From Azolla caroliniana (Eukaryota > Plantae > Polypodiophyta): 10,822 nucleotides of DNA. Below are positions 8,054-10,822 of this stretch, one piece after another (positions within the stretch are counted from its first letter, which is position 1; every line of letters begins with the position of its first letter). Below the pieces are notes generated by a model. The model searched no databases. It had not been told where the DNA came from and saw only the letters and a list, made by a program, of their open reading frames with translations. The stretch spans positions 1-10,822 of the forward strand of contig JBHGNT010001226.1 of assembly GCA_043228905.1 (NCBI GenBank). Direction: 5' to 3'. Made by a program: the position numbers and the translations under genes.

Positions 8054-8924
8054 TGTACATGATTGCTTGGGTAGACAAATGCTTAAGATCACAAGGGAAA
8101 TTTAGCTTTTCATTAATATTATTGTTGATTTGGAACATTAGGATGTTGCTTCGACATTATGTGCATGCAATAGTATGGTCAACATCAGATGCAATAATAT
8201 TGTTGATCATGATTCACGTATGCTCATGAATGTCAAATACCATTTAAAGAAGGTAATTAAAACTTAGTTTACAAGAAACAATGATGGACACACAAAATGT
8301 TGTTACTTAGGTGCAAGTGCATAAAGTCATTGGTTACTCATGAAAATCTAATCTTCATTCCTTCAAAGGTGTGATAGCATTTGCAAACTTGAAAGTTTGA
8401 GAAACTTACGAATTTAAAAAACAAGAGCAAAACACATCAAAATGGAACAAACTAAAAAAATGATACTTTCTATTGAAACTAACCATAAACCATAAACCCT
8501 AGATAAAATAGAGAAATGTAATGGTCGTAACTTTCGAATGAGAAATGGTACTTTTGCTTTTTCGTTTGTATGTACATGTGTGCACAACTTGTAAAATTAG
8601 GAGGCACTCTTGGTGAACCAAGTAGATTTCACTTCACAATTTTCAATTAAGAACGGCAACGAATTTGGATCCCTTATCTTTTATCCTTGGAGGTGCTCGT
8701 TCACATAGCTAGTAATTGTGTTCTTTAAAATTGAAGTAAATGTGCCATACCCCAAAATTGATCTGGCTCATCAATATTGGCCTCATGAATGTATCATCTT
8801 GTGTTCAAGTGATGGAATCAACTAGTGGGTTTTTAGAATACATCATTGAAAATTCAGACTTGTTTTTGTTTTTTTACCTTACCTTGATTTTACGTAAAGA
8901 TGCTTTTAATAATTAAAAACCCTC

Positions 8925-9202
8925 AATCATTGAACTTGTCCCTTGAACACGATGCCATATGGTCATGAGGTTTGTGACAAAGATTATTTAAGATGATGTA
9001 TACTCTCCTACTCCTTGTTTAATCATTGTACTCCTCACTTGAACACGATGCCATATGGTCATGAGGTTTGTGACAAAGATTATTTAAGATGATGTCTACT
9101 CTCCTACCCCTTGTTTAATCATTGAACTTGTCTCTTGAACACAATGCCATATGGTCATGAGGTTTGTGACAACGATTATTTAAGATGATGTCTACTCTCC
9201 TA
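8925..9202. repeat. Tandem repeat, 96-bp unit x 2.9
   Basis: Units start AATCATTG at 8925, 9021 and 9117. Units 1 and 2 differ at 6 of 96 positions. Unit 3 ends after CTCTCCTA at 9202. Confidence 0.97.
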
Positions 9203-9734
9203 GATCCAATATATTAACTTGTGGTAATTGTGCTCCATTTCAATGTATCGCTTTTGTATAGTTATAACACGGCTCAATTATAATCGTTGTTTCATAACAA
9301 TAATATTTGTTTATTGTAAAATCGGATTGTGTGTTGGTTTCACAAATAGCAACAAAAATTATATCACAAGTGAAAGCTCGATATTGATGCAACAATTGTT
9401 AAAGCACCATGGCCCAATTTTTACCAAGATAGTAATCATCCCTCTATTTCATGACATATGATACAAAAGGCAAAGGCTCACAAGCTCTATGGACTTATGA
9501 TCCCAATAATGAAAAAATGGTTATTTACATCAAATGTTAACAACCAGTAATGTGTTGGGGTAGGGACTGCATGCAAAATTATTTTTCTTCTATATCAAGA
9601 CATTATTCTGCGACTCAAACAAGAAAACTTTTATTTTCACAAGTAACAACCCATGTTTTAACCACTATGTAACTAGTGAAGGTTATTTGAGAACTTAAGT
9701 TAAACATCATCGTCACAATCATATAGGTTTTTCT

Positions 9735-10822
9735 ATGGATATTGGAGAACACGAGGTTGAACAATGGACGGGGATGTCTGGGATGAGAGGAGCGACGACA
9801 ATAGAGGGGTCATCAAACAACGTTTCGGAAGCACCAAAGGCTACACGAACAACAACGTGAAACCCTCTTGCCAAGAAGGGGACGCATGTATGTGAGGATT
9901 GAAAGTCTAATGGTTATGATGATGATCTAGAACAGGGGATAGATGGTATGAATAGTCGAAGTGGTAGCTCAATGCAAGCTATGGGAGCATTCGTTCTCTC
10001 CTCGGAAGAAGAATGCATCATGGAGAGTGAAATAATAAGACTTAGAGAGGAATCATTTATAGTGAAAGTGGCGGGTAGTCGATCGAATCGAGCGTTGTTG
10101 CATGACTAGTTGCAAATTTGCTTGCAAGAAAACCTTGGAAGAATGAAGGACATCACATTTATGGGAAACGGGTTTTACCATGTCACCATGATGCCTGAAA
10201 CGAATATATGCAAAATTATTGAGAGCAACCCGTTGACATGCCACAATGCGAGAGCATATGTATTCAAATGGGGTGTAGACTTTGACATGTGTATTCAAAT
10301 GGGGTGTAGACTTTGACATGTGTAGATGCTTGTATAGGCAATCCAGTAGTAATAATGACCTTTTTCCCTAGTTTACCTAAGCAATGGGAGTCCTTCCTCC
10401 CGGCCATTGACAAAAGTATGGGAGGGCAATGCTTGGAAAAAACATTTGCAGAGAGAATAAGTGAAACATTGAGGATGAAATTAATTGTCTCGGATGTAAA
10501 GGCCCTACCACAATCAATGTTGCTTAGCAGCAAACTAACGTCTGACCATGTACAACCAATGGAATATGTTGGACTCCTAGGGCAATGCTTTGTATGTAGA
10601 CAAATGGGTTCGAGAATGCCCTGGAGGTAAGGAGACCATGCATAATAGAAATGGGAAGCATGGATGGAAAAGCCCAACACGTTTGACACAATAGAACAAT
10701 ATGAAAATAAATCATGCAATGCATATGAATGAAGATGGATGGAAGTATATGCATAATAAAGGAAAACAAAAAATTATGGTCAGACAAGAATGGCTTCCAC
10801 TTAGCAACAAATATGAACTCTT
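9735..10822 (+). pseudogene. L1-clade LINE ORF1 (DUF4283/RRM-like region + CCHC zinc knuckle), disrupted, running off the window
   Basis: Frame 3 from ATG 9735 (stops at 9858, 9900, 10107) reads ...EIIRLREESFIVKVAGSRSNRALLHD*LQ...ITFMGNGFYHV...NPL...VFKWGVDFD. Frame 2 continues FPSLPKQWESFLPAIDKSMG...LPQSMLL...QPMEYVGLLGQCFVCRQMG. Frame 3 resumes RECP...GWKYMHNKGK...LPLSNKYEL. The motif order (GxGFF/Y, W.P.FD, LP, Y.GLP..CF.C...GH...CP, GW..V, SN.F..L) matches plant L1 ORF1. Confidence 0.82.
10259..10320. repeat. Perfect 31-bp tandem duplication inside LINE ORF1
   Basis: TGTATTCAAATGGGGTGTAGACTTTGACATG at 10259-10289 and 10290-10320, followed by TGTA (10321-10324). Confidence 0.97.

Noticed and set aside
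8925-9202. Regularly spaced repeats with the palindrome CCATATGG as a CRISPR array
   Set aside because: The whole 96-bp unit is repeated with no unique spacers, there are no cas genes, and the context is eukaryotic.
10053-10787. Minus-strand ORFs of 88, 151 and 87 aa
   Set aside because: They are antisense to LINE ORF1. The repeated HVKVYTPFEY peptide merely reflects the 31-bp duplication.

Overview
This is AT-rich eukaryotic intergenic DNA with no intact protein-coding gene, RNA gene or CRISPR array. It is probably from a plant: it has AAACCCT motifs, (CT)n/(CA)n microsatellites and plant-type retroelements, and a seed-free lineage such as a fern or bryophyte is only a guess. The window is a transposon graveyard. 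(1) 1-972 (+): the 3' end of a decayed Ty1/Copia element with RNase H, two PPT-like tracts and a ~398-bp LTR. (2) ~1005-2076 (-): a related Copia element in convergent orientation, whose 5' LTR is joined directly to the C-terminal half of gag (zinc knuckle) and the protease. (3) 7070-7168: an orphan ~100-bp Ty3/Gypsy pol fragment. (4) 7563-8053: a 491-bp hAT-type non-autonomous element with TIRs and a degenerate 8-bp TSD, plus a probable older relative ending at ~3360. (5) 8925-9202: a 96-bp x 2.9 tandem array with an inverted partial copy upstream. (6) 9735-end: a disrupted L1-clade LINE ORF1. I cannot support a new biological system. The most interesting signals are structural: a hairpin-rich LTR/PPT architecture shared by two diverged LTRs, the rearranged Copia junctions, and a very weak possible transposase relic at ~5.6-5.9 kb.
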